A DNA stretch of 64,000 nt from Escherichia coli. GTDB taxonomy: Bacteria; Pseudomonadota; Gammaproteobacteria; Enterobacterales; Enterobacteriaceae. Location of the stretch: NCBI RefSeq assembly GCF_003334305.1, contig NZ_QOWS01000009.1; one strand, 5' to 3'. A program made the position numbers and the translations under genes. Under the pieces are notes generated by a model, which searched no databases, was not told where the DNA came from, and worked only from the letters and a program-made list of their open reading frames with translations. Below are positions 1-15,182 of the stretch, one piece after another. Each line of letters opens with the position of its first letter. Position 1 is the first letter of the stretch.

Positions 1-18
1 ACTCAGGGGTTAGCTTTA

Positions 19-171
<153 letters not shown>

Positions 172-409
172 CTAAACTTGAATAAATTCAATGGCTTTAT
201 TGGATATCCGCCGAAAAATGAAACGATGGACACCGAAGCCATGGGTGATTAAAGAGGCCGGATTGTAATAATTGTACACTCCGGAGTCAATTCTCTTTCC
301 TTATTTACCGCGCTTTTCCGCACCTTTTCGCAGGGAAAATGTACGACCTCACACCAGTGAAAACCAGCATGGCGCGCCGGGTGGAGGATTATACGGGCTG
401 ATGGGTAAA

Positions 410-660
410 GCGCAAGGATCGTCCTGGATCTTTATTAGATCGATTAAGCCAATTTTTGTCTATGGTCATTAAATTTTCCAATATGCGGCGTAAATCGTGC
501 CCGCCTCGCGGCAGGATCGTTTACACTTAGCGAGGTCTGGAAAGTCCTGTGGATAAATCGGGAAAATCTGTGAGAAACAGAAGATCTCTTGCGCAGTTTA
601 GGCTATGATCCGCGGTCCCGATCGTTTTGCAGGATCTTGATCGGGCATATAACCGCAGAC
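410..660. promoter_or_regulatory. dnaA promoter region: cluster of GATC (Dam) sites and a DnaA box (TGTGGATAA, about 548-556)
   Basis: At least 8 GATC tetramers within about 230 bp upstream of dnaA; 9-mer matching the reverse complement of the DnaA box TTATCCACA. Confidence 0.6.
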
Positions 661-765
661 AGCGGTTCGTGCGTCACCCTCAAGCAGGGTCTTTTCGACG
701 TACGTCAACAATCATGAATGTTTCAGCCTTAGTCATTATCGACTTTTGTTCGAGTGGAGTCCGCC

Positions 766-2169
766 GTGTCACTTTCGCTTTGGCAGCAGTGTCTTGCCCG
801 ATTGCAGGATGAGTTACCAGCCACAGAATTCAGTATGTGGATACGCCCATTGCAGGCGGAACTGAGCGATAACACGCTGGCCCTGTACGCGCCAAACCGT
901 TTTGTCCTCGATTGGGTACGGGACAAGTACCTTAATAATATCAATGGACTGCTAACCAGTTTCTGCGGAGCGGATGCCCCACAGCTGCGTTTTGAAGTCG
1001 GCACCAAACCGGTGACGCAAACGCCACAAGCGGCAGTGACGAGCAACGTCGCGGCCCCTGCACAGGTGGCGCAAACGCAGCCGCAACGTGCTGCGCCTTC
1101 TACGCGCTCAGGTTGGGATAACGTCCCGGCCCCGGCAGAACCGACCTATCGTTCTAACGTAAACGTCAAACACACGTTTGATAACTTCGTCGAAGGTAAA
1201 TCTAACCAACTGGCGCGCGCGGCGGCTCGCCAGGTGGCAGATAACCCTGGCGGTGCCTATAACCCGTTGTTCCTTTATGGCGGCACGGGTCTGGGTAAAA
1301 CTCACCTGCTGCATGCGGTGGGTAACGGCATTATGGCGCGCAAGCCGAATGCCAAAGTGGTTTATATGCACTCCGAGCGCTTTGTTCAGGACATGGTTAA
1401 AGCCCTGCAAAACAACGCGATCGAAGAGTTTAAACGCTACTACCGTTCCGTAGATGCACTGCTGATCGACGATATTCAGTTTTTTGCTAATAAAGAACGA
1501 TCTCAGGAAGAGTTTTTCCACACCTTCAACGCCCTGCTGGAAGGTAATCAACAGATCATTCTCACCTCGGATCGCTATCCGAAAGAGATCAACGGCGTTG
1601 AGGATCGTTTGAAATCCCGCTTCGGTTGGGGACTGACTGTGGCGATCGAACCGCCAGAGCTGGAAACCCGCGTGGCGATCCTGATGAAAAAGGCCGACGA
1701 AAACGACATTCGTTTGCCGGGCGAAGTGGCGTTCTTTATCGCCAAGCGTCTACGATCTAACGTACGTGAGCTGGAAGGGGCGCTGAACCGCGTCATTGCC
1801 AATGCCAACTTTACCGGACGGGCGATCACCATCGACTTCGTGCGTGAGGCGCTGCGCGACTTGCTGGCATTGCAGGAAAAACTGGTCACCATCGACAATA
1901 TTCAGAAGACGGTGGCGGAGTACTACAAGATCAAAGTCGCGGATCTCCTTTCCAAGCGTCGATCCCGCTCGGTGGCGCGTCCGCGCCAGATGGCGATGGC
2001 GCTGGCGAAAGAGCTGACTAACCACAGTCTGCCGGAGATTGGCGATGCGTTTGGTGGTCGTGACCACACGACGGTGCTTCATGCCTGCCGTAAGATCGAG
2101 CAGTTGCGTGAAGAGAGCCACGATATCAAAGAAGATTTTTCAAATTTAATCAGAACATTGTCATCGTAA
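766..2169 (+). CDS. dnaA: Chromosomal replication initiator DnaA (GTG start, 467 aa)
   Basis: Track ORF 754..2169; protein from [13 protein letters not shown] matches E. coli DnaA; AAA+ Walker [11 protein letters not shown]; start moved to the internal GTG. Confidence 0.95.
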
Positions 2170-2173
2170 ACCT

Positions 2174-3273
2174 ATGAAATTTACCGTAGAACGTGAGCAT
2201 TTATTAAAACCGCTACAACAGGTGAGCGGTCCGTTAGGTGGTCGTCCTACGCTACCGATTCTCGGTAATCTGCTGTTACAGGTTGCTGACGGTACGTTGT
2301 CGCTGACCGGTACTGATCTCGAGATGGAAATGGTGGCACGTGTTGCGCTGGTTCAGCCACACGAGCCAGGAGCGACGACCGTTCCGGCGCGCAAATTCTT
2401 TGATATCTGCCGTGGTCTGCCTGAAGGCGCGGAAATTGCCGTGCAGCTGGAAGGTGAACGGATGCTGGTACGCTCCGGGCGTAGCCGTTTTTCGCTGTCT
2501 ACCCTGCCAGCGGCGGATTTCCCGAACCTCGATGACTGGCAGAGTGAAGTCGAATTTACCCTGCCGCAGGCAACGATGAAGCGTCTGATTGAAGCGACCC
2601 AGTTTTCTATGGCGCATCAGGACGTTCGCTATTACTTAAACGGTATGCTGTTTGAAACCGAAGGTGAAGAACTGCGCACCGTGGCAACCGACGGCCACCG
2701 TCTGGCGGTCTGTTCAATGCCAATTGGTCAATCTTTGCCAAGCCATTCGGTGATCGTACCGCGTAAAGGCGTGATTGAACTGATGCGTATGCTCGACGGC
2801 GGCGACAATCCGCTGCGTGTGCAGATTGGCAGCAATAACATTCGTGCCCACGTTGGCGACTTTATCTTCACCTCGAAACTGGTGGATGGTCGCTTCCCGG
2901 ATTATCGCCGCGTTCTGCCGAAGAACCCGGACAAACATCTGGAAGCAGGCTGCGATCTGCTCAAGCAGGCGTTTGCTCGCGCGGCGATTCTCTCTAACGA
3001 GAAATTCCGCGGTGTGCGCCTGTATGTCAGCGAAAACCAGCTGAAAATTACTGCCAACAACCCGGAACAGGAAGAAGCGGAAGAGATCCTCGACGTTACC
3101 TATAGCGGTGCGGAGATGGAAATCGGCTTCAACGTCAGCTATGTGCTGGATGTTCTGAACGCGCTGAAATGCGAAAACGTCCGCATGATGCTGACCGATT
3201 CGGTTTCCAGTGTGCAGATTGAAGATGCCGCATCACAGTCGGCTGCCTATGTTGTCATGCCAATGAGACTGTA

Positions 3274-3274
<1 letters not shown>
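2174..3274 (+). CDS. dnaN: DNA polymerase III beta sliding clamp
   Basis: 366-aa [22 protein letters not shown], immediately downstream of dnaA. Confidence 0.95.
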
Positions 3275-6790
<3,516 letters not shown>

Positions 6791-6808
6791 TGGCGCTAAC
6801 CATGCGAG

Positions 6809-6912
6809 CGTGCCTGATGCGCTACGCTTATCAGGCCTACGAAAATCTTGCAATGTATTGAATTTTCATGATTTTGTAGGCCGGATAAGGCGTTCACGCC
6901 GCATCCGGCAAG
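6809..6912. repeat. REP/BIME-type extragenic palindromic repeats downstream of gyrB
   Basis: Two REP-like palindromes (gcctgatgcgctacgcttatcaggcctac and gtaggccggataaggcgttcacgccgcatccggc) in inverted orientation. Confidence 0.7.
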
Positions 6913-6923
6913 AAGCTATAAGA

Positions 6924-6953
6924 AAAGGGCGGAGATCATCTCCGCCCTTTTTA
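6924..6953 (+). terminator. Rho-independent terminator after the gyrB REP cluster
   Basis: Hairpin gggcggagatcatctccgccc followed by a T-run. Confidence 0.7.
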
Positions 6954-7029
6954 TTTCTGCAATCCGCAATTATCATCCCGCAAATCTATACTTTTTGGGT
7001 CAACACGTAACGCTTTACAGGTGATTATC

Positions 7030-7428
7030 ATGGGGCTTTTTGATGAAGTTGTCGGTGCCTTTCTGAAAGGCGATGCGGGGAAATATCAGGCTATTTTAAG
7101 TTGGGTTGAGGAGCAGGGCGGCATTCAGGTGCTGCTGGAAAAACTGCAAAGTGGCGGCTTAGGGGCCATTCTCTCAACCTGGCTGAGTAATCAACAGGGC
7201 AATCAATCGGTTAGTGGCGAGCAACTGGAATCGGCGCTCGGCACAAATGCGGTGTCCGATCTCGGGCAAAAACTTGGCGTGGATACCAGTACAGCTTCCA
7301 GTTTACTGGCAGAGCAATTGCCGAAGATTATTGATGCGCTCTCACCGCAAGGTGAAGTGTCACCACAAGCCAATAACGATCTGCTTTCCGCAGGTATGGA
7401 ACTGCTGAAAGGGAAACTCTTCCGCTAA
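7030..7428 (+). CDS. yidB: Uncharacterised protein YidB (DUF937-like)
   Basis: Track ORF 7021..7428; start chosen at MGLFDEVVG to give 132 aa; start uncertain. Confidence 0.8.
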   Translation: MGLFDEVVGAFLKGDAGKYQAILSWVEEQGGIQVLLEKLQSGGLGAILSTWLSNQQGNQSVSGEQLESALGTNAVSDLGQKLGVDTSTASSLLAEQLPKIIDALSPQGEVSPQANNDLLSAGMELLKGKLFR

Positions 7429-7542
7429 GCAAATGGGGAGCATGCAACCCGCGTTGCATCCCCCTTTTCCCTCGGGTGTTGTACTGATTTTTGAGCGGAA
7501 TCGCGTTAGCATGGGTCAGGAACTAATCTACCTGGGGAACTC

Positions 7543-8355
7543 ATGGCTATCAAACTCATTGCTATCGATATGGATGGCACCCTTCTGCTGCCCGATCACA
7601 CCATTTCACCCGCCGTTAAAAATGCGATTGCCGCAGCTCGCGCCCGTGGCGTGAATGTCGTGCTAACGACGGGTCGCCCGTATGCAGGTGTGCACAACTA
7701 CCTGAAAGAGCTGCATATGGAACAGCCGGGCGACTACTGCATTACTTATAACGGCGCGCTGGTACAGAAGGCCGCTGATGGTAGCACCGTGGCGCAAACT
7801 GCTCTCAGCTATGACGACTATCGTTTCCTGGAAAAACTCTCTCGCGAAGTCGGTTCTCATTTCCACGCCCTGGACCGCACCACGCTGTACACCGCCAACC
7901 GTGATATCAGCTACTACACGGTGCATGAATCCTTCGTTGCCACCATTCCGCTGGTGTTCTGCGAAGCGGAGAAAATGGACCCCAATACCCAGTTCCTGAA
8001 AGTGATGATGATTGATGAACCCGCCATCCTCGACCAGGCTATCGCGCGTATTCCGCAGGAAGTGAAAGAGAAATATACCGTGCTGAAAAGTGCGCCGTAC
8101 TTCCTCGAAATCCTCGATAAACGCGTTAACAAAGGTACGGGGGTGAAATCACTGGCCGACGTGTTAGGTATTAAACCGGAAGAAATCATGGCGATTGGCG
8201 ATCAGGAAAACGATATCGCAATGATTGAATATGCAGGCGTCGGTGTGGCGATGGATAACGCTATTCCTTCGGTGAAAGAAGTGGCGAACTTTGTCACCAA
8301 ATCCAACCTTGAAGATGGCGTGGCGTTTGCTATTGAGAAGTATGTGCTGAATTAA
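7543..8355 (+). CDS. yidA: HAD-superfamily sugar phosphatase YidA
   Basis: 270-aa ORF with HAD motif I DMDGTLL near the N-terminus. Confidence 0.9.
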   Translation: MAIKLIAIDMDGTLLLPDHTISPAVKNAIAAARARGVNVVLTTGRPYAGVHNYLKELHMEQPGDYCITYNGALVQKAADGSTVAQTALSYDDYRFLEKLSREVGSHFHALDRTTLYTANRDISYYTVHESFVATIPLVFCEAEKMDPNTQFLKVMMIDEPAILDQAIARIPQEVKEKYTVLKSAPYFLEILDKRVNKGTGVKSLADVLGIKPEEIMAIGDQENDIAMIEYAGVGVAMDNAIPSVKEVANFVTKSNLEDGVAFAIEKYVLN

Positions 8356-8364
8356 TCAGTGGAC

Positions 8365-8391
8365 GGGCAAACAGCATAAACGCGTTTGCCC
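8365..8391. terminator. Hairpin between convergent yidA and yidX (possible bidirectional terminator)
   Basis: Inverted repeat gggcaaacagcataaacgcgtttgccc; no clear T-run. Confidence 0.4.
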
Positions 8392-8400
8392 GCTTACTGA

Positions 8401-9057
8401 TTATTGGTTTACTGCATATACAACCAGAAATTGCAGCGGTGCAGTAATGATGTCCAGCGTAACAGTCACTGGCAGTAATGCTGCGGAAACACCATCCGGA
8501 ATGCCTCTGGGTGAATAGTATTCATAAAATCGCACTTTAAACGGATGATAGAACGCCATCACCTTTGAGTAATCCATGTTTTTATTTTTCTCATGGATTG
8601 TGCCTTTTAGGTTTTCCAGTGACCTGGTACAGTGTTGAACACCACAGGCAAAACCATAATGCGTTGCCAGTGCCTTTTCTTCTTCGTTATTCCAGTAGTA
8701 GTAAAGCGATATTGTGCCGGTAAATTTCTTTTTCCCCGCATTTAAAACAAATCTTGCGTCATCGGCAACCTGAATATTGTGCCGGTTAAGTGCTGGATCA
8801 TTGAGCATCTTAACGATGTCATCGGCACCATCAGTGATAAGGTAATCCAGCGATTCCCCTACAAAAACATAGCCTTTTGTTCCATTACTATCTTTTGCCT
8901 GCGATAGCCCAGTGATGGTGTCTGACTGCGATTGATACTTTCCTGAACTACCCTTTGCGGTATGGGAAACCAGAGCATACGAGATACAGCCTGAAAGCAT
9001 CAGCGCCAGTGGGAATAAACCGGCAGCCTTAAAAAATCCCTTAAAATTCAACTTCAT
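8401..9057 (-). CDS. yidX: Putative lipoprotein YidX
   Basis: Track ORF 8401..9174; start moved to [24 protein letters not shown] (signal peptide plus lipobox), 218 aa. Confidence 0.85.
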
Positions 9058-9194
9058 GATTAATCCTTTAAACGAGTAGCTAAGCCGTTGAAAGCATACT
9101 CTTCTTTCCCTCCTGTTTAGCGCCTGATATCCCTTTTCAGATTTCTGCCCGACGCATGTCATTTTTTTATGCATTGTTCTTTTTGTGATCTAAA

Positions 9195-9269
9195 TTGTAG
9201 TACAATAATATAAGTTTGTACTACATTACGCACACGGCAAACGCGAACGTCATCACGCTGGTACTACAA
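9195..9269. promoter_or_regulatory. dgo promoter/operator: three copies of the TTGTAGTACAA-type DgoR operator motif
   Basis: ttgtagtacaa (9195-9205), ttgtactaca (9216-9225), tactacaa (9262-9269) directly upstream of dgoR. Confidence 0.6.
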
Positions 9270-9334
9270 AGTTGCCGCGTTATGCATCGATCGGGGTAAA
9301 GTAGAGAAGAACATACAGAGCACAAGGACTCTCC

Positions 9335-10024
9335 ATGACTCTCAATAAAACCGATCGCATTGTCATTACGCTGGGTAAACAGATCGTTCACGGCAAATAC
9401 GTACCTGGCTCGCCACTTCCGGCTGAGGCGGAGCTCTGTGAAGAGTTTGCAACCTCGCGCAACATCATCCGTGAGGTGTTCCGTTCGCTGATGGCGAAGC
9501 GGCTGATTGAAATGAAACGTTATCGCGGGGCGTTTGTGGCACCGCGTAACCAGTGGAATTACCTCGACACTGACGTACTGCAATGGGTGCTGGAAAACGA
9601 CTACGACCCACGGCTTATCAGTGCCATGAGCGAAGTGCGAAATCTGGTGGAACCGGCGATTGCCCGTTGGGCAGCAGAGCGCGCGACTTCCAGCGATCTG
9701 GCGCAGATTGAATCGGCGCTGAACGAGATGATTGCCAACAATCAGGACCGCGAAGCGTTTAACGAAGCGGATATTCGCTACCACGAGGCGGTGCTGCAGT
9801 CGGTACATAACCCGGTGTTACAGCAACTTAGCATTGCGATCAGTTCGTTGCAGCGGGCGGTTTTTGAACGAACCTGGATGGGCGATGAGGCCAACATGCC
9901 GCAAACGCTCCAGGAACATAAGGCGCTGTTCGATGCAATACGGCATCAGGACGGCGATGCGGCAGAGCAGGCGGCGCTTACCATGATCGCCAGCTCGACA
10001 CGAAGGTTAAAGGAAATCACATGA
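9335..10024 (+). CDS. dgoR: GntR/FadR-family repressor of D-galactonate catabolism
   Basis: 229-aa ORF, N-terminal wHTH, first gene of the dgo operon. Confidence 0.9.
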   Translation: MTLNKTDRIVITLGKQIVHGKYVPGSPLPAEAELCEEFATSRNIIREVFRSLMAKRLIEMKRYRGAFVAPRNQWNYLDTDVLQWVLENDYDPRLISAMSEVRNLVEPAIARWAAERATSSDLAQIESALNEMIANNQDREAFNEADIRYHEAVLQSVHNPVLQQLSIAISSLQRAVFERTWMGDEANMPQTLQEHKALFDAIRHQDGDAAEQAALTMIASSTRRLKEIT

Positions 10025-10899
10025 CAGCTCGCTACATCGCAATTGACTGGGGATCGACCAATCTGCGCGCCTGGCTTTATCAGGGCGACCACTGCCTGGA
10101 GAGCAGGCAATCAGAAGCAGGCGTCACGCGCCTGAACGGAAAATCTCCGGCTGCGGTGTTAGCAGAAGTCACGACCGACTGGCGTGAAGAAAATACGCCA
10201 GTGGTGATGGCAGGAATGGTCGGCAGCAATGTCGGCTGGAAAGTTGCTCCGTATTTATCTGTTCCTGCCCGTTTTTCGTCTATTGGCGAACAATTAACGT
10301 CTGTTGGCGACAATATCTGGATTATTCCCGGATTATGCGTCTCTCATGACGATAACCACAATGTGATGCGCGGCGAAGAAACACAATTGATCGGCGCGCG
10401 AGCTCTGGCTCCTTCCTCTCTTTATGTTATGCCCGGTACGCATTGCAAATGGGTGCAGGCCGATAGCCAGCAAATCAACGATTTTCGCACCGTGATGACC
10501 GGTGAATTACATCATTTACTGTTAAATCACTCATTGATTGGCGCAGGTTTGCCGCCGCAGGAAAACTCTGCCGATGCCTTCGCGGCTGGCCTTGAGCGCG
10601 GCCTTAATGCGCCCGCCATATTGCCGCAGCTTTTTGAAGTTCGCGCCTCGCATGTGCTGGGAACACTTCCCCGCGAACAGGTCAGCGAATTTCTCTCTGG
10701 TTTGTTGATTGGCGCAGAGGTTGCCAGTATGCGCGACTATGTGACCCATCAACACGCCATCACCCTTGTCGCCGGAACATCGCTGACCGCGCGCTACCAG
10801 CAAGCCTTTCAGGCGATGGGTTGCGACGTGACGGCGGTGGCGGGCGACACGGCATTTCAGGCTGGTATAAGGAGCATCGCTCATGCAGTGGCAAACTAA
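10021..10899 (+). CDS. dgoK: 2-dehydro-3-deoxygalactonokinase
   Basis: 292-aa ORF overlapping the dgoR stop; operon context. Confidence 0.9.
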   Translation: MTARYIAIDWGSTNLRAWLYQGDHCLESRQSEAGVTRLNGKSPAAVLAEVTTDWREENTPVVMAGMVGSNVGWKVAPYLSVPARFSSIGEQLTSVGDNIWIIPGLCVSHDDNHNVMRGEETQLIGARALAPSSLYVMPGTHCKWVQADSQQINDFRTVMTGELHHLLLNHSLIGAGLPPQENSADAFAAGLERGLNAPAILPQLFEVRASHVLGTLPREQVSEFLSGLLIGAEVASMRDYVTHQHAITLVAGTSLTARYQQAFQAMGCDVTAVAGDTAFQAGIRSIAHAVAN

Positions 10900-11500
10900 A
10901 CTTCCGCTGATCGCCATTTTGCGCGGCATTAAGCCCGACGAGGCGCTGGCGCATGTTGGCGCGGTGATTGACGCCGGGTTCGACGCGGTTGAAATCCCGC
11001 TGAATTCCCCACAATGGGAGCAAAGCATTCCCGCCATCGTTGATGCGTATGGCGACAAGGCGTTGATTGGCGCAGGTACGGTACTGAAACCTGAACAGGT
11101 CGATGCGCTCGCCAGGATGGGCTGTCAGCTCATCGTTACGCCCAATATCCATAGTGAAGTGATCCGCCGTGCGGTGGGCTACGGCATGACCGTCTGCCCC
11201 GGCTGCGCGACGGCGACCGAAGCCTTTACCGCGCTCGAAGCGGGCGCGCAGGCGCTGAAAATATTTCCGTCATCGGCTTTTGGTCCGCAATACATCAAAG
11301 CGTTAAAAGCGGTATTGCCATCGGACATCGCAGTCTTTGCCGTTGGCGGCGTGACGCCAGAAAACCTGGCGCAGTGGATAGACGCAGGTTGTGCTGGGGC
11401 GGGCTTAGGCAGCGATCTCTATCGCGCCGGGCAGTCCGTAGAACGCACCGCGCAGCAGGCAGCAGCATTTGTTAAGGCGTATCGAGAGGCAGTGCAATGA
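10883..11500 (+). CDS. dgoA: 2-dehydro-3-deoxy-6-phosphogalactonate aldolase
   Basis: 205-aa ORF overlapping the dgoK 3' end. Confidence 0.9.
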
Positions 11501-12645
11501 AAATCACCAAAATTACCACGTATCGTTTACCTCCCCGCTGGATGTTCCTGAAAATTGAAACCGATGAAGGCGTGGTCGGTTGGGGCGAGCCCGTGATTGA
11601 AGGCCGCGCCCGTACGGTGGAAGCGGCAGTTCACGAGCTGGGTGACTATTTGATTGGTCAGGATCCTTCGCGCATCAATGACTTATGGCAAGTGATGTAT
11701 CGCGCCGGATTTTATCGTGGCGGTCCAATCCTGATGAGCGCCATTGCCGGGATCGACCAGGCGTTATGGGATATCAAAGGCAAAGTGCTGAATGCGCCGG
11801 TCTGGCAACTGATGGGCGGCCTGGTTCGCGACAAAATTAAAGCCTACAGTTGGGTCGGCGGCGATCGTCCGGCGGATGTTATCGACGGCATTAAAACCCT
11901 GCGCGAAATCGGCTTCGATACCTTCAAACTGAACGGTTGTGAAGAACTGGGGCTAATTGATAACTCCCGCGCGGTAGATGCGGCAGTCAACACCGTGGCA
12001 CAAATTCGTGAAGCTTTTGGCAATCAGATTGAGTTTGGTCTTGATTTCCACGGTCGCGTCAGCGCGCCAATGGCGAAAGTGCTGATTAAAGAACTGGAGC
12101 CGTATCGCCCGCTGTTTATTGAAGAGCCGGTGCTGGCGGAACAAGCCGAATACTACCCGAAACTGGCGGCACAAACGCATATTCCACTGGCAGCGGGTGA
12201 GCGCATGTTCTCACGTTTCGATTTTAAACGCGTGCTGGAGGCAGGCGGTATTTCGATTCTGCAACCGGATCTCTCCCATGCAGGCGGTATTACCGAATGC
12301 TACAAAATTGCTGGAATGGCAGAAGCCTATGATGTGACCCTTGCGCCGCACTGTCCGCTCGGACCGATTGCACTGGCGGCTTGCCTGCATATCGACTTTG
12401 TTTCCTATAACGCGGTACTTCAGGAACAAAGTATGGGCATTCATTACAACAAAGGCGCGGAGTTACTCGACTTTGTGAAAAACAAAGAAGACTTCAGTAT
12501 GGTTGGCGGCTTCTTTAAACCGTTAACGAAACCGGGCTTAGGTGTGGAAATCGACGAAGCTAAAGTTATTGAGTTCAGTAAAAATGCCCCGGACTGGCGT
12601 AATCCGCTCTGGCGTCATGAAGATAACAGCGTAGCAGAGTGGTAA
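11497..12645 (+). CDS. dgoD: D-galactonate dehydratase (enolase superfamily)
   Basis: 382-aa [28 protein letters not shown]. Confidence 0.9.
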
Positions 12646-12764
12646 TTCCTGCCACGTAAACCCCTCATCGGGCACTAAAACAGCAATACAAAAATATAAC
12701 CCTCTGTAAATTACAGGGCATGGTGAGCGGCTTCGCTATGCCCAAAATCTGGAGAAAGCTCGCT

Positions 12765-14057
12765 ATGGATATTCCCGTTAATGCAGCAAAGCCGGGGCGT
12801 CGGCGTTATCTGACGCTGGTGATGATCTTTATTACGGTGGTCATTTGTTATGTTGACCGCGCTAACCTGGCCGTGGCTTCCGCCCATATTCAGGAAGAGT
12901 TCGGCATTACGAAAGCGGAAATGGGCTATGTATTTTCGGCCTTCGCCTGGCTTTATACGCTATGCCAGATCCCCGGCGGTTGGTTTTTAGATCGCGTAGG
13001 TTCTCGCGTGACTTATTTTATTGCGATATTTGGTTGGTCAGTGGCGACTTTATTCCAGGGCTTTGCCACGGGATTAATGTCATTAATTGGTCTGCGTGCG
13101 ATAACCGGTATTTTCGAAGCGCCCGCTTTCCCGACCAATAACCGGATGGTGACCAGCTGGTTCCCGGAACATGAACGCGCTTCCGCCGTTGGTTTTTATA
13201 CGTCTGGTCAGTTTGTCGGTCTGGCGTTTTTGACTCCGCTGCTGATCTGGATTCAGGAGATGTTGAGCTGGCACTGGGTGTTCATTGTCACTGGTGGTAT
13301 CGGCATTATCTGGTCGCTGATTTGGTTTAAGGTTTATCAGCCGCCGCGCCTGACCAAAGGTATCAGCAAAGCTGAACTGGATTACATTCGTGATGGCGGC
13401 GGTCTGGTGGATGGTGATGCGCCGGTGAAGAAAGAGGCGCGTCAGCCGTTAACAGCCAAAGACTGGAAACTGGTGTTCCATCGTAAACTGATCGGCGTTT
13501 ATCTTGGGCAATTTGCGGTGGCTTCTACACTGTGGTTTTTCTTAACCTGGTTCCCGAACTATTTAACCCAGGAAAAAGGAATCACGGCGCTGAAAGCAGG
13601 CTTTATGACCACGGTGCCATTCCTCGCGGCGTTTGTCGGCGTCCTGCTCTCTGGCTGGGTCGCGGATCTGCTGGTACGTAAGGGCTTTTCACTGGGCTTT
13701 GCGCGTAAAACGCCGATTATCTGCGGCTTGCTGATCTCCACCTGCATTATGGGCGCTAACTACACCAACGATCCGATGATGATTATGTGCCTGATGGCGC
13801 TGGCATTCTTCGGCAACGGTTTTGCTTCGATTACCTGGTCGCTGGTCTCTTCTCTGGCACCGATGCGCCTGATTGGTTTAACCGGCGGCGTGTTTAACTT
13901 CGCCGGTGGTCTGGGCGGCATCACCGTTCCGCTGGTGGTGGGGTACCTGGCGCAGGGTTACGGTTTCGCACCTGCACTGGTTTATATCTCCGCCGTCGCG
14001 TTGATTGGCGCGCTCTCTTATATCCTGCTGGTGGGCGATGTGAAGCGCGTTGGCTAA
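12765..14057 (+). CDS. dgoT: D-galactonate:H+ symporter (MFS)
   Basis: Track ORF 12720..14057; start set at [15 protein letters not shown] to give 430 aa; multi-TM MFS. Confidence 0.85.
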
Positions 14058-15118
14058 TCCTTCAACTGTGGAATATGTGCCACACCACTGCGCATAATCC
14101 ACTTTCTTAAAGCCGGTGCGGTCAGGCATCGGCTTTTTACTATCTTGCCGAAGAGTTTTAAACGCAGTTTGCGGGTGGCGCGCCAGTAAGCGGCGTTGCT
14201 CTTCTCCGGCTGTTTCAGGAACACCGCACGCAGAATCTCTGCGCTATCCAGCGCATAGCTAATCCCCTCCAGCGAGCTGGCGCTGATAAATCCCGCCGCT
14301 TCGCCAATCAGAAAGGCGTTGTCCTTACCGCAGACAAAATCCTGCCAGCGTGAGGGAAACAGCACCGTGCATTTTTCGCTTTTCACCGCTTTGCCAAACT
14401 GGAACTGAAAGGCGCTCATTTTCTCTTTCAGCGTCGTGAAACGCGTCTGACCGTCTTTCATTGGATAAGCACCGCCAAAGATAAAATAACCGTCTTTGCT
14501 GATACTCCATGAGTAACAGTCAGTTATCGCATTATCAAAGATGCAGGAGTAGAACAGCACCGGATGTTTCTCTGCGAACCACTGCTGGATAGCGACATAT
14601 TTACGAATTTGATGATCCGGGTAGAGATGTCGCCGCACCATCGAGTTTGCGCCATCGGCACCGACCAGATAGCGGGCAGTAATATGTTGCTCCCAGCCGT
14701 CTGCACGAAAAATGACATGCCATTTATCATCCTCACGCCAGATTTTTCGACACAGGCTGTCGTGATAAACCTCAACGCTGGCGGGGATCAGCGATTTCAT
14801 CCACAAGTCGAAAGCATGGCGATTAATATTGATATAGCTTCGCTGGTAGTTACGCGTGAGCGATGCGGCGACGTCGACAGTTTTGACGCTGAAAATCTGC
14901 GGGTTGGCGATTACATCGACAGGAAGCGTCAGTCCATCGCGAATAAAAGATCGCTGCGCGTCCGGTGCCAGCAGACCGCCACAAGGTTTGCTGAAACCTT
15001 CAGTACCATGCTGGTGCTTTTTATCCAGCGCGATCACCTGCATTTTGCCAGCTAACTTTCGTGCCAACGCCGACCCTGCCGGGCCGAGGCCAATAATCGC
15101 CACGTCGAAATGTTCCAT
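14054..15118 (-). CDS. cbrA: FAD-dependent oxidoreductase CbrA (colicin E2 tolerance)
   Basis: Track ORF 14054..15139; start at [19 protein letters not shown] (FAD Rossmann GxGxxG), 354 aa. Confidence 0.85.
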
Positions 15119-15182
15119 CTTTTCACTCACATTCATCACGATGGCAAAAGACTATTGTCTGAAAGTGAAGTCCTTGTGAAGT

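Noticed and set aside
754-2169. N-terminally extended ORF-track calls (dnaA from 754, yidX to 9174, dgoT from 12720, glvC from 20630, yidP to 20754, uhpA from 33845, nepI from 42729, gmk to 63947 and others)
   Set aside because: Internal start codons give the lengths and N-termini of the known E. coli proteins and sit behind better ribosome-binding sites; several extensions run through terminators or REP elements
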